Assembly: GCA_964016885.1 (NCBI GenBank)
Contig: OZ024764.1
Coordinates: 496,001 to 560,000 of the forward strand
Reading direction: 5' to 3'
Length of the DNA: 64,000 nucleotides
DNA from: Eledone cirrhosa
Taxonomy: Eukaryota
The position numbers and the translations under genes were made by a program. Position 1 is the stretch's first letter; each line of letters begins with the position of its first letter. The notes beneath the pieces are model-generated. The model saw only the letters and a list, made by a program, of their open reading frames with translations, was not told where the DNA came from and did no database searches. Positions 20,276 to 33,654 of this stretch are shown here, one piece after another.

Positions 20276-20342
20276 TATTTTATTATACATATTTCAGAGG
20301 TACTGAGCTAACTTCAACAGTACGTCCTCATCAGATAAAATA
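20276..20342 (-). ncRNA. Hammerhead motif, family A'
   Basis: Reverse complement: tattttat CTGATGA ggacgtactg..cagtacctct GAAA tatgta TA ataaaata. Confidence 0.85.
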
Positions 20343-20794
20343 AGATGATGCATGGCATACCCTGACATAGTAGATGGTTAAGATTCAGTCATGACAAGGC
20401 TGTGTAACTACTAAAGAAACATTTGTAAGCACTTGGAATAAATTACCTTTTTATGATGTCTACCTGTTTTATTAATCATTTTTTATCTACATTCCAGAAT
20501 ACAGAAGAATCGGAAACCGGATTCGAAACGAAGGAAGTGTGGTAAGGAACCAGGTGGACCATAACGCACCAGAGTACTCAATACTTTGGGTAGTAGAGCG
20601 GGTGTTGGGTCTTGAACATTTTCCTATAAATATGTATGTATATATGCATGTCATCCTACTTTTAATTTAATGTTAAATGCTCGGATTTATTACTTAGAAT
20701 CTTCAAACTTAGGAATGGTGCCTGTTTCTGATATTCTCAGACATGGCATCTTTAATTTAATTTTGGTAGTATATATATGTATGTATATTCCAAG

Positions 20795-21227
20795 CAACCA
20801 TGAAGCCCATATTACTTTATGGATCCGAAACTTGGACACTAAGATCACAACTTGAGAGGAGATTGGATGGCACATATACCCGCCTCTTAATGAAAGTGCA
20901 AAACCTATCCTGGAAACGACATCCCACCTTGTCTAAAATCTATGGCAAACTCCCTCAAGCCTCTGCCCTTCTAAAATCCCGGAGAGCTCAATTTGCTGGC
21001 CACTGTCACCGTGCCAGCAATGAAATCATATCCGCTCTCTTGCTCTGGAACCCTGACTCCAGCTTGACTAGGAGTAGGAAGCTGTCATTCCCTGACGTTA
21101 TCTCTAGGGATACGGGAATCAGTAGACGGGACCTGGGGGCGGTGATGGGGGACAGGGAATTCTGGGGCATGAGAGTGAGATCCATCATCTCGACAGTAGT
21201 CGACGAATGATGATGATGATGATGATG
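20795..21227 (+). mobile_element. 3' end of a third non-LTR (RTE-like) family; shorter copy at 13371-13585
   Basis: PILLYGSETWTL...LDGTYTRLL...RRAQFAGHCHR followed by a (TGA)n tail. Confidence 0.85.
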
Positions 21228-21438
21228 TATGTATGTATATATATGTTTGGATCTAGCTGTATATATACTCTATTGTATAATATAATCTATTTGTCTATAC
21301 AAGCAAAAGGGATATTCAATTTGTTGGTAATTCAACAAATATAAATGTTTATAACTGATTCAGAGCACTCAACAGATTTCTGGAGTATAATATTCAATGA
21401 TATTAAATAAATGGAAACTATATTTATAAAACCATATT

Positions 21439-21499
21439 TATTCTATTATATATATTTCAAGGGTACCAAAACTGTGGTACGCACTCATCAGATAAAATA
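21439..21499 (-). ncRNA. Hammerhead motif, family A
   Basis: Reverse complement: tattttat CTGATGA gtgcgtacca cagttt tggtaccctt GAAA tatata TA atagaata. Confidence 0.8.
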
Positions 21500-21563
21500 C
21501 AAAGTTTGTTTTATAAATTTTGACATAACCAACAAAAGTTACCTCAACGGTTCAAGTTTTCCG

Positions 21564-21601
<38 letters not shown>

Positions 21602-22599
21602 CGGAATATTATGTGTGGTTGTAACGATAAGTGGATGGATGTAACTGTTGGTATGGTGGTTTCGATATAAAAATACCAGGAGTGTTGTTACAAAGTTTAT
21701 TTCATTACACAATATTCAATTTGAATATTGAATGATAAAATAATTGACACAAAATATTCATACAATAATTTGGTGGCTCTTCGAGCCATGTAAATTCAAG
21801 TATCACAGCATACGATTATAATATGTGTAAACAGAAATGAATGGTGCGTGTACAAATGCTGGACCCACTATGAATGCGTGTGTGCGGCGTATCAGTATAT
21901 TTACTTATTTGTATTGTAGGAGTCAGCGATCAGCCAGGAAGGTGAGAATAAATGGCAGACTGGTTTTTCGTGACGAGAGCTTGTAAAAACGTCTTGTCTT
22001 GTCTGTATCCCACTTCTTTTCTGTCGGGGCGTGAACAACCCCTGTATTTATAAGAGTTGAAGTTAGAAGGCTAGATATATCCTCTGAACTTTGGTTAGTC
22101 TCCCAAGGGATTAGTTTGCCAAGCGTAAACAAGTCAGAAAGATGGATATATCCTCTGACCTATTTTCTGTCAGGCGTAAACACCTCTTACCTGTGTTTAG
22201 CCTCTCCCAAGGGGTTAGTCTCCTGAGCGTAAACAAGTTACCACGGCTTGTCCCAGAGGCGGGAAAGCTCAGATTCGGTTTCGAATCTTCGCCGCCATTA
22301 TATATATATAAATAATATATAAGATCAAAAGATGGTTAAAAGAGTTCCAAGTATTTTATTATGCGCATTTCAAAAACAAATATCATCATGAATTGGAAGG
22401 AAGAAATAGAATGGATGATATTTGTTTTTGAAATGCGTATAATAAAATACATGGAACTCTTTTAACCATCTTTTGTTCTTATATATTATATATACTCCAG
22501 TCCTACAAACTGTAGAGTGCTTCTTATCCGATATCTGCATTGCTTTATTGTACTACAATAAAACTCACCTCCTACATATATATATATATACATACATAT

Positions 22600-22674
<75 letters not shown>

Positions 22675-22702
22675 AAAATTATATATATATATATATATAC
22701 AC

Positions 22703-22735
<33 letters not shown>

Positions 22736-22784
22736 TATATATATATATATATATACACAGATATATATATATATATATATACAC

Positions 22785-22825
<41 letters not shown>

Positions 22826-22846
22826 TATATATATATATATATACAC

Positions 22847-22914
<68 letters not shown>

Positions 22915-23388
22915 TGGCTGCCAACTCGTTTTCGAGTACGGCCACTACTTCATATCCATGTAGGAGAACCCCTACCGATGCGCTGAACGAGTGTGACTTT
23001 TTAGTCCAGCCAGCGACTTGAAAACTCTGGTACAAACACTACACCTATGACAATTATTGACACATAGTGCTGGGGCCATGGTACCATGTGATGACAAGTG
23101 CAGAGAGATCTCCAGATATAAAGCAATGCCTGTGCCGTGAAGCTTTTATAGTGAGCAAAGGCACTGCACAAAGCCAGTCCCACTCTCTTAACCAAGATGA
23201 TATTTACCAAAAAGAAGAACAAGTTAACATCATTGGATACCATCAGGGTTGCAGGTGTTATATCAGAGTTTTCCTTCTCCTAGAATTCTGCCTTGACAAA
23301 GGCTAAGGGGTCATCTCTCCCAGTGATTTTGGATGGCCATTGACTCTTAAGAGCTCCTTTGCCCTTTGACAGGTTTTGTTATATACAC

Positions 23389-23460
<72 letters not shown>

Positions 23461-23665
23461 TATTAAGGGTACTATTTATGGTTATGTATGTAATAAAACC
23501 TTTAATGGTAATATATTATATATACAAACCTTAAATAGTGAGAGATAGTCATTAATTACTATCCTATTACCAGTAAGATAAATAGCTCAATGTAATAACA
23601 TCAGTTGTTTTACAGAGCAGTTATATAGGGATTACAATAATCAAAGTTCAGTTTAAGTCATTTAT

Positions 23666-23714
23666 TTGCTTACAATTGTTTCCTCCAAACCGAGGTTTGG
23701 ATTCTTCGGAGCAA
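23666..23714 (-). ncRNA. Hammerhead motif, C4 core
   Basis: Exact inverted copy of 24208-24256. Confidence 0.7.
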
Positions 23715-24207
23715 CTATTTACTGATCTATAACATACTTGACCTCCTTTTCAACCCAAGAGACACATAAAGCATATGCGCATATTGATCAACAGTGGGGT
23801 GACACTCATCAAATGATATAGCATGGCAATTTACATGTAAAGGTTACAGGATAAAAATAAAAATAAAAATAAAAATAAAAATAAAAATAAAAATAAAAAT
23901 AAAAATAAAAATCTAATCATGTATAAATAAGACACGCGTGCATGCTACACGTGAGATTGTTTCATGCACTGACTACTCTAAGCTTTCCTCTTGCTTTATC
24001 TTCATAGACTGCCAACGCTTCATGTTTATCTTTATTTTCATTCTTGCTTTTATTTTTATTTTTATTTTTATCCTGTAACCTTTACATGTAAATTGCCATG
24101 CTATATCATTTGATGAGTGTCACCCCACTGTTGATCAATATGCGCATATGCTTTATGTGTCTCTTGGGTTGAAAAGGAGGTCAAGTATGTTATAGATCAG
24201 TAAATAG

Positions 24208-24256
24208 TTGCTCCGAAGAATCCAAACCTCGGTTTGGAGGAAACAATTGTAAGCAA
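24208..24256 (+). ncRNA. Hammerhead motif, C4 core (CCGAAGA)
   Basis: ttgct CCGAAGA atccaaacc tc ggtttggag GAAA caattg TA agcaa, overlapping AATAAA. Confidence 0.72.
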
Positions 24257-24291
24257 ATAAATGACTTAAACTGAACTTTGATTATTGTAAT

Positions 24292-24392
<101 letters not shown>

Positions 24393-24409
24393 TATATATG
24401 TATACACAG

Positions 24410-24442
<33 letters not shown>

Positions 24443-24457
24443 TATATATGTATACAC

Positions 24458-24556
<99 letters not shown>

Positions 24557-24600
24557 TGAAAAAGAACAAAGGAACTATTATGACATTATAACAAGTTTAT

Positions 24601-24647
24601 TGCCGACAGCCGTTTTGTCCGACCCCATGGTGGGACTTATCAAGGCA
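24601..24647 (-). ncRNA. Hammerhead motif, U3/A8 core, with GAAA>AAAA lesion
   Basis: Inverted copy of 26489-26535 carrying one substitution at G12. Confidence 0.6.
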
Positions 24648-26488
24648 TATAACATGTGATTGCAAGATCATTGTTTACATCAACGTATCACTCAAGGCTA
24701 GCAGTTTGAAATTGTTGTATACATCAGCAACTCCGCTTTAAGGGGGGCTCTTTTATATTAGTTGTCGGGGTCAGGGATTGAAGTTTAAAAATTAGACAAA
24801 AATATATAATTCACGCATCAACATTAAACCAAAAGACCACAAGCGAGACCCTCTGGATAACGTAGACGCAGGACCATACCCGCGAATACATACCCTGATC
24901 TGTCTTGAATATACAGGGCTGACGGAATATGGATAACACAACCACCATCTAAGCTGAGAACGACCCATACAGCAAACAAAGAGAGGACAGCCCTTTGCTT
25001 TTGACCAGTCGCGTGTGAACTTGGAGTTCGTAATATACCACCCCAGTCAAATCCACACTGGTTTTTTAACGATATAGCATGTGGACCAATACATCATGCG
25101 TGGCGAAACCTTGGACTTAGAACCAGCAGGCTCGTCTATCGCGAAAGCGTTCAACCCCTGAAACTAAAGGATCGAACGGACCACATCCGGCAACCACGGG
25201 CTATTAGATCCACAGGTACATCTCCCAGAGAGTCCACGCAGATAATAGTGAACCCCAGGTGATCTATGAACGTTTAAACAAGACCAACTGCGCCTGGAGC
25301 TATGCAGATGACTGCTTACGCCTAGTGGATATCGTGCCTGGAGCTGTGCAGGGGACTGCATAGGCAGAATGGATATCGCGCCCACACGGTTACCAGTAAT
25401 GTTCATCCTGTTATATTTTTGTAATAATTTTATGATAATTTTGTAATAATTTTGCGATAATTTTATGATAATTTGATAGTTTTGTAATGATTTTGTGGTA
25501 ATTTTGTGATGATTTGATAGTTTTGTAATGATTTTGTGGTAATTTTGTAATGATTTTGTAATAATTTTTAATCCTGTATCAATAATTTTAGAATGTTTTT
25601 TTGTGATAATACGGGGTTAGATCATTGAAGCTACCTTGTACCTTCTTAAAGATACATTTTATGATTATTGTCTTTTTGCTTATGTATTTTCTTAGTTACC
25701 ACTTTCTTTAATCTTGCCCAATTTGATAAACTCCTTGAATTGCTCCCTAATTAAATTGCTTAGATTGCTTGGATTATTGTACCTATTATGCCTAAGTTGC
25801 ATCTGTTGAAGCAGCCCTTTGAAAATTCATCGGATATCCCAAATACCGTAATTTTTTATTTTTAACTTTTAATGTATAATTTTCCTCAATTCGTTTTTAT
25901 ATTTATCCTCAAAGGCTCTCTAAAATTTTAATTCTTCGAAGGGTCTCTCGGAAGAAATTCCTATTGGAAATAGTATAGGGGCCTTTTCTGAGAGATTTAT
26001 GGAAGGCTCTCTGAATTAACCTCTAATTGATTAGTTTCTTTCAACCTAGTTTTCAATTCAGTTTTCTGAATTTTGTAAACGTGGTCTCGGGGGAAGAAGG
26101 TTTTTTTCTTTCGGAAAAAAATTTTTTCTCTAGAAGAAATTTCATAGGAACTCTATATATTTTTTAGGGAAACTTTATATTTTTATTTTCTTATTTTATT
26201 AGCCTCTTAATTTTCTTCTAGACTAATAGGTTTATTGGAGCCTGTAAGCTTTATGCACTCATTGAGGGATTTTCTGAGGTGCTTCTACGGGACCCCAAGT
26301 CTTTTGGTTTAATGTTGATGCGTGAATTATATATTTTTGTCTAATTTTTAAACTTCAATCCCTGACCCCGACAACTAATATAAAAGAGCCCCCCTTAAAG
26401 CGGAGTTGCTGATGTATACAACAATTTCAAACTGCTAGCCTTGAGTGATACGTTGATGTAAACAATGATCTTGCAATCACATGTTATA

Positions 26489-26535
26489 TGCCTTGATAAG
26501 TCCCACCATGGGGTCGGACGAAACGGCTGTCGGCA
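26489..26535 (+). ncRNA. Hammerhead motif, U3/A8 covariant core
   Basis: tgcc TTGATAA gtcc caccatggggtc ggac GAAA cggctg TC ggca, then AATAAA. Confidence 0.8.
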
Positions 26536-26897
26536 ATAAACTTGTTATAATGTCATAATAGTTCCTTTGTTCTTTTTCACTAATATTTCTGCTCTGCGTA
26601 TACGCATAGAGCTTAACTAGCTACCGTCACATATTTGGTAAGTCGGACGTGATCATCGCGATTCACATACGACCTACCATACATCTTACATATATATATA
26701 TATATATATACACAGATATATATATATATATATATCTGTATATATATATATATATTGAGAACTTACATTTTAAACACACACACATTTATATATATATATA
26801 CACAGATATATATATATATATATATACATACATACACACAGATCAAACCTCCGTTAGTAACCAAAATCTAGGTTATAGCATTGTAGTTGTTATATAA

Positions 26898-26962
<65 letters not shown>

Positions 26963-27565
26963 AATGTGTGTGTGTTTAAAATGTAAGTTCTCAACGTAAA
27001 CAAGTATATATATACATACACACATACACACACACACACATATATATATATGCGTATATATAGTTGTTTACTTGTTGACAACTAGATTTTAAACACACAC
27101 ACGTGTGGCATGTATGTATATAAATAAACAAATATATATATATTTATATATATATGTGGCATGTATATATATAAATAAACAAATATATATATATTTATAT
27201 ATATATGTGTGGCATGTATATATATAAATAAACAAATATATATATATTTATATATATATGTGGCATGTATATATATAAATAAACAAATATATATATATTT
27301 ATATATATATATATGTGGCATGTATATATATAAATAAACAAATATATATATATTTATATATATATATGTGTGGCATGTATATATATAAATAAACAAATAT
27401 ATATATATTTATATATATATATATGTGGCATGTATATATATAAATAAACAAATATATATATATTTATATATATATATGTGGCATGTATATATATAAATAA
27501 ACAAATATATATATATTTATATGCAATATATTAATAAATGGAAACTATATTTATAAAACCATATT

Positions 27566-27631
27566 TATTTCATTATATATATTTCAGGGATATCATATTA
27601 ACAATATGCTATGCCTTCCTCAGACAAAATA
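27566..27631 (-). ncRNA. Hammerhead motif, family A (left arm of perfect palindrome)
   Basis: Exact reverse complement of 27789-27854. Confidence 0.8.
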
Positions 27632-27788
27632 CAATATAGACAGTTTTATAGATAAATAGATTTGACATACCGTTCAACATCGACTTGTATTTGAAAAAGT
27701 TGATTTGGCTGCCAAATCAACTTTTTCAAATACAAGTCGATGTTGAACGGTATGTCAAATCTATTTATCTATAAAACTGTCTATATTG

Positions 27789-27854
27789 TATTTTGTCTGA
27801 GGAAGGCATAGCATATTGTTAATATGATATCCCTGAAATATATATAATGAAATA
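27789..27854 (+). ncRNA. Hammerhead motif, family A
   Basis: tattttgt CTGAGGA aggcatagcatatt gtt aatatgatatccct GAAA tatata TA atgaaata. Confidence 0.82.
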
Positions 27855-28173
27855 AATATGGTTTTATAAATATAGTTTCCATTTATTTAATATCGTAAAT
27901 ATACTCCAAATACTTGTTGAGTGCTTTTATGTCAGTTATAAATATTTACTAGTTGTAACCCAACAATTTAAATATAACTTTCCATATATATATATATAGA
28001 AGTTATTCCGGGTTGAATCGGAGGTAACCACAGTAAGTAAGGTACTCAATACATAGCAGAGTATAAGAAGAGCTTCTACAGGACTAGAACTGTTTCATTC
28101 GTGAGAAATCATCAGGAAAAGAGTCAGGACCCGGACGGTTGAGCTCCGGTCGTTTCGACAGCTAGATCCGAAT

Positions 28174-28205
<32 letters not shown>

Positions 28206-28675
28206 CACGTACACGCACACACACATATAGTCCAGAAATGGCCGTCGGAACGGCTCGAGCTCTGCCGTCGGGGTCTTGAACATTTTCTTATATATATATA
28301 TATGAAATGAAGTTGTCCTAACGTAAATAAATATAGTAATAGTTAAAAATCACAAGAAATAAAGGCATACATTGCTTAAAATACCCCCCGAAGAAGGAGA
28401 AATGTGTGTAGAGGGGTGGCTGCATATCTGGCTACCTTAGTTTGAAGAAAACTTATCTCTTACTCTGCTGGCTGAGCGTTGTGGACGGTAATGCGGATGA
28501 TGCCGGCTACTCTGGTGGGAGGGTATCCGTGTTAAAGTGAAGGTCTTAGCTTTGACATCCAGTGTGGTCTTATACCATGTACAGCATTCCTGGATGTTGA
28601 TGTGGGTCGTGCTGAGGCAGGAACCCGGTCCCGACAGGTGGGTTGGATCCCTCTGTAACTGCTTTTCGACATTAG

Positions 28676-29740
28676 TGTTGGTGTTGTTGGTGGTGTTGGT
28701 GGTGTTGGTGGTGTTGGTGGTGTTGTTGTTGGTGGTGTTGCTGGTGGTGGTGTTGGTGGTGTTGTTGTTGGTGGTGGTGTTGGTGGTGGTGTTGGTGGTG
28801 TTGCTGGTGGTGTTGTTGGTGGTGGTGTTGGTGGTGGTGTTGGTGGTGTTGCTGGTGGTGTTGGTGGTGGTGTTGGTGGTGTTGTTGGTGGTGTTGCTGG
28901 TGGTGGTGTTGGTGGTGGTGTTGGTGGTGGTGTTGGTGGTGTTGCTGGTGGTGTTGGTGGTGGTGTTGGTGGTGTTGTTGGTGGTGTTGTTGGTGGTGTT
29001 GCTGGTGGTGTTGTTGGTGGTGGTGTTGGTGGTGTTGGTGTTGTTGGTGTCGGGGGTCGTGTTGGTGGTGTTGTTGGTGGTAGTGCTGTTGTTGTTGTTG
29101 TTGTTGGTGTTGTTGGTGTCGGGGGTGTTGTTGGTGTCGGGGGTCGTGTTGGTGGTGTTGGTGTTGTTGGTGGTAGTGGTGATGGTGGTGTTGGTGTTGT
29201 TGGTGTCGGGGGTCGTGTTGGTGGTGTTGTTGGTGGTAGTGTTGCTGGTGTTGGTGTTGCTGGTAGTGTTGTTGGTGGTGTTGCTGGTAGTGTTGTTGGT
29301 GGTGTTGCTGGTGGTGTTGGTGTTGTTGGTGGTAGTGCTGTTGTTGTTGTTGTTGTTGGTGTTGTTGGTGGTAGTGCTGTTGTTGTTGTTGTTGTTGGTG
29401 TTGTTGGTGGTAGTGCTGTTGTTGTTGGTGGTGGTAGTGTTGTTGTTGTTGTTGTTGGTGGTAGTGTTGTTGTTGTTGGCAGGGGTGGTGGTAGTGTTGC
29501 TGTTGTTGTTGTTGGTGGTGGTGTTGTTGTTGTTGGCAGGGGTGGTGGCGGTGGTATTGTCGGTGGTGGTGGTGGTAGTGTTGTTGTTGGCGGGGGTGGT
29601 GGTGGTGGTGGTGGTCGTGTTGTTGTTGTTGGTGGTGTTGGTGGCGGTGGTGTTGTTGTTGGTGTAGGTGGCGGTGGTGTTGTTGTTGGTGGAGGCGGTG
29701 GTGGTGTTGGTGATGGAGGAGGTGGAGGTGGTGTTGGCGG
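28676..29740. repeat. GGT/GTT trinucleotide-based low-complexity tract
   Basis: Direct inspection; triplet phase is preserved throughout. Confidence 0.9.
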
Positions 29741-30000
29741 TAGTTCTGCTGTTGCTGACCACAACAACAATCTGTTCACTATAAGTGACCAAGCTGGTCC
29801 TTTTCTGTCCGAAATGAACCAAGTTCGAGTAACGCCGCCGCCGCCGGCTATCACCACCACCACCATCATCACCATCACCACCACCATCATCATGGTAACA
29901 CATCACTGATTCCTGATAAGTGATCGGCGCTGATCGAACCCACTTGATATCGATCTTTTCCAAATAACGTTTCATAACATCGTGTGTGTGTGTGTGTGTG

Positions 30001-30046
<46 letters not shown>

Positions 30047-30057
30047 CTGTGTGTGTG

Positions 30058-30117
<60 letters not shown>

Positions 30118-30163
30118 TATGTATGTATATATATATATACGTATATATTTATAGGCTATGTAA

Positions 30164-30228
<65 letters not shown>

Positions 30229-30318
30229 CGTATGTATGTGTGTGTGTGTGTCTGTGTATGTATTATGTATGTATATATATATATATATACGTATATATTT
30301 ATAAGCTATGTAAATATG

Positions 30319-30353
<35 letters not shown>

Positions 30354-30433
30354 ATGTATGTATGTATGTGTGTATGTATTATGTATGTATATATATATAT
30401 ATATATATACGTATATATTTATAGGCTATGTAA

Positions 30434-30471
<38 letters not shown>

Positions 30472-31205
30472 ATGTGTGTATGTATGTGTGTGTGTGTCTG
30501 TGTGTATGTATTATGTATGTATATATATATATATACGTATATATTTATAGGCTATGTAAATATGTATATATATATATATATATATGTGTGTATGTGTGTA
30601 TGTATGTGTGTGTGTGTCTGTGTGTATGTATTATGTATGTATATATATATATATACGTATATATTTATAGGCTATGTAAATATGTATATATATATATATA
30701 TGTATGTATTATATATATATATGTATGTATGTATGTATTATATATATATATGTATGTATGTATTATATATATATATGTATGTATGTATTATATATATATA
30801 TGTATGTATGTATTATATATATATATGTATGTATGTATTATATATATATATGTATGTATGTATTATATATATATATGTATGTATGTATTATATATATATA
30901 TGTATGTATGTATTATATATATATATGTATGTATGTATGTAAGTTTTTGTACACTTAGCTGTCGAAGGGAGGGCCTAGTCTCTCTGTTTCACGCGGCGCT
31001 GAATCTCCCTGAGAATTGCATATGTCTGCGGAATATTTAGCCACATGTATGTTGATACGGCGACCAGGCTGTTCGACAGACCTGGAATAGTCATCTCCGA
31101 CAGTGACGGAGGTCCAGTACACCCACTAAACACACCCACACCATGTTCCTCCCTCCCCGCCTTGCGTTCACACTCAACGACACGCATGTCGACATCCGCC
31201 ATATG

Positions 31206-31237
<32 letters not shown>

Positions 31238-31241
31238 CACT

Positions 31242-31276
<35 letters not shown>

Positions 31277-31279
31277 TTG

Positions 31280-31312
<33 letters not shown>

Positions 31313-31347
31313 GTATATATATATATATATATACTCTGAGTTCTTAA

Positions 31348-31380
<33 letters not shown>

Positions 31381-31440
31381 CATATATATATTTCGTTTCT
31401 GAATTTGTTATTGGCAACATGACCCTCCCAAAGTATAACA

Positions 31441-31545
<105 letters not shown>

Positions 31546-31557
31546 CTCTGAGTTCTT

Positions 31558-31638
<81 letters not shown>

Positions 31639-31731
31639 TTCCCGTCCCACCCTTGCAAGCAGGGAAAAGCGGACGTAAAATGAAATGATGATGATGATGA
31701 TGATGATGATGATATATATATATATATATAT

Positions 31732-32134
31732 ATGGTGGCAACGGGTAACGGGGAATCAGGGTTCGATTCCGGAGAGGGAGCATGCGAAACGGCTACCACA
31801 TCCAAGGAAGGCAGCAGGCGCGCAAATTACCCACTCCCGGCACGGGGAGGTAGTGACGAAAAATAACGACGCGGGACTCTGTCGAGGCCCCGCGATCGGA
31901 ATGAGTACACTTCAAATCCGTTAACGAGGATCGACCGGAGGGCAAGTCTGGTGCCAGCAGCCGCGGTAATTCCAGCTCCGGTAGCGTATATTAAAATTGT
32001 TGCGTTTGAAAAGCTCGTAGTCGGAATTCGGGTCTCGAAAGCGCGCTGCGTCGTCAGCGCGTTCGGGGCGACGGCGCCGTTGTCGTTCGCGCGCCGCGCG
32101 TCGACTTCGGTCGTCCGTTCGCACTCGAATCTCA
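31732..32134 (+). pseudogene. Isolated ~400-nt 18S rRNA fragment (V3 to start of V4) embedded in (TA)n
   Basis: Contains universal SSU motifs GGTTCGATTCCGGAGAGGGAGC, CGGCTACCACATCCAAGGAAGGCAGCAGGCGCGCAAATTACCC and GTGCCAGCAGCCGCGGTAATTCCAGCTCC. Both ends abut TA tracts. Confidence 0.95.
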
Positions 32135-32207
<73 letters not shown>

Positions 32208-32379
32208 GAAAGGTATAGAAAACATTGTAGCAAAAAGCCATATATACATATATATATATATGTATATATACATATATATGTATATATATATAGACAGCCT
32301 CATATATATATATATATATATATATGTTTTTGAAGTGCGCATAATAAAATACATGGAACTCTTTTAACCATCTTTTGTT

Positions 32380-32419
<40 letters not shown>

Positions 32420-32622
32420 GCTGTCTATATATATATATGTATATATACGTATATATATATACATATATATATATATATGTATATATATACGTATATATAT
32501 ATACATATATATATATGTATATATACGTATATATATACACATATATATGCATATATATATATATACATGTGTACATATATAAATACACACACAGAAATGT
32601 GCATGTGTGTGTATATATATAT

Positions 32623-32653
<31 letters not shown>

Positions 32654-33503
32654 ATATACATGTGTGTGTGTGTCTATATATATACATATGTGTGTGTATA
32701 TATACTCTTTTACCTGTTTCAGCCATCCGGCTGAGGCCATATATATATATGTAGGTTATACCTTGTTATACAAGTTTCTAATGAAAAATATATAGGAAAT
32801 ACACGAAATATTTTATAAAAAAATGATTGAATATATTGGGGAGAAAGTAAGGTGGTGGTGGTGTAGTGGTGGTGGTGGCGGTGTGGTCGTGGTGGTGTAG
32901 TGGTGGTGATGGTGCTGGTGGTCTAGTGGTGATGGTGGTGGTCTAGTGGTGGTGGTGGTGTAGTGATAGTGGTGGTGTAGTGATGGTGGTGGTGGTGGTG
33001 TAGTGATGGTGGTGGTGTAGTGATGGTGGTGGTGGTGGTGTAGTGGTGGTGGTGTAGTGATGGTGGTGGTGTAGTGATGGTGGTGGTGTGGTGGTGGTGG
33101 TGGTGGTGGTGTAGTGGTGGTGGTGTAGTGATGGTGGTGGTGTAGTGATGGTGGTGGTGTGGTGGTGGTGGTGGTGGTGGTGATGGTGGTGGTGGTGGTG
33201 TAGTGGTGGTGGTGTAGTGATGGTGGTGGTGTGGTGGTGGTGGTGGTGGTGGTGTAGTGGTGGTGGTTGTTCAGCCTCCCACTGTTTCAATGAGGGTGTG
33301 TGAGGGACTGCATTCCTCTCTGTATGTGTGTATGTGTGTGTGTGAGAGGGTGTGTGTGTATTTGTGTGAGAGGGTGTGTGTGTATATGTGTGAGAGGGTG
33401 TATGTGTGTGAGTGTATGTGTGTGAGAGGGTGTGTGAGTGTATGTGTGTGTGAGAGGGTGTGTGGCTGTGTGTGTGTGTGAGAGGGTGTGTGGCTGTGTG
33501 TGT

Positions 33504-33546
<43 letters not shown>

Positions 33547-33654
33547 TGTGTGTGTGAGAGGGTGTGCTAGGTGACAGGACAGTAAAGTGGGACAATGGCA
33601 ACATTTGGGAACAGGATTTCACCTCAAGTGTGGCCTGACATTTGTAATATTTCA

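Noticed and set aside
25560-26300. Possible mitochondrial insertion (AT-rich, T-skewed)
   Set aside because: No recognisable mitochondrial protein, rRNA or tRNA motif.
28085-28125. CTGATGA...GAAA on the minus strand (similar weak cases at 4455, 5820, 12415, 22982)
   Set aside because: Stem I or stem III cannot be formed convincingly, so these were not counted as ribozymes.
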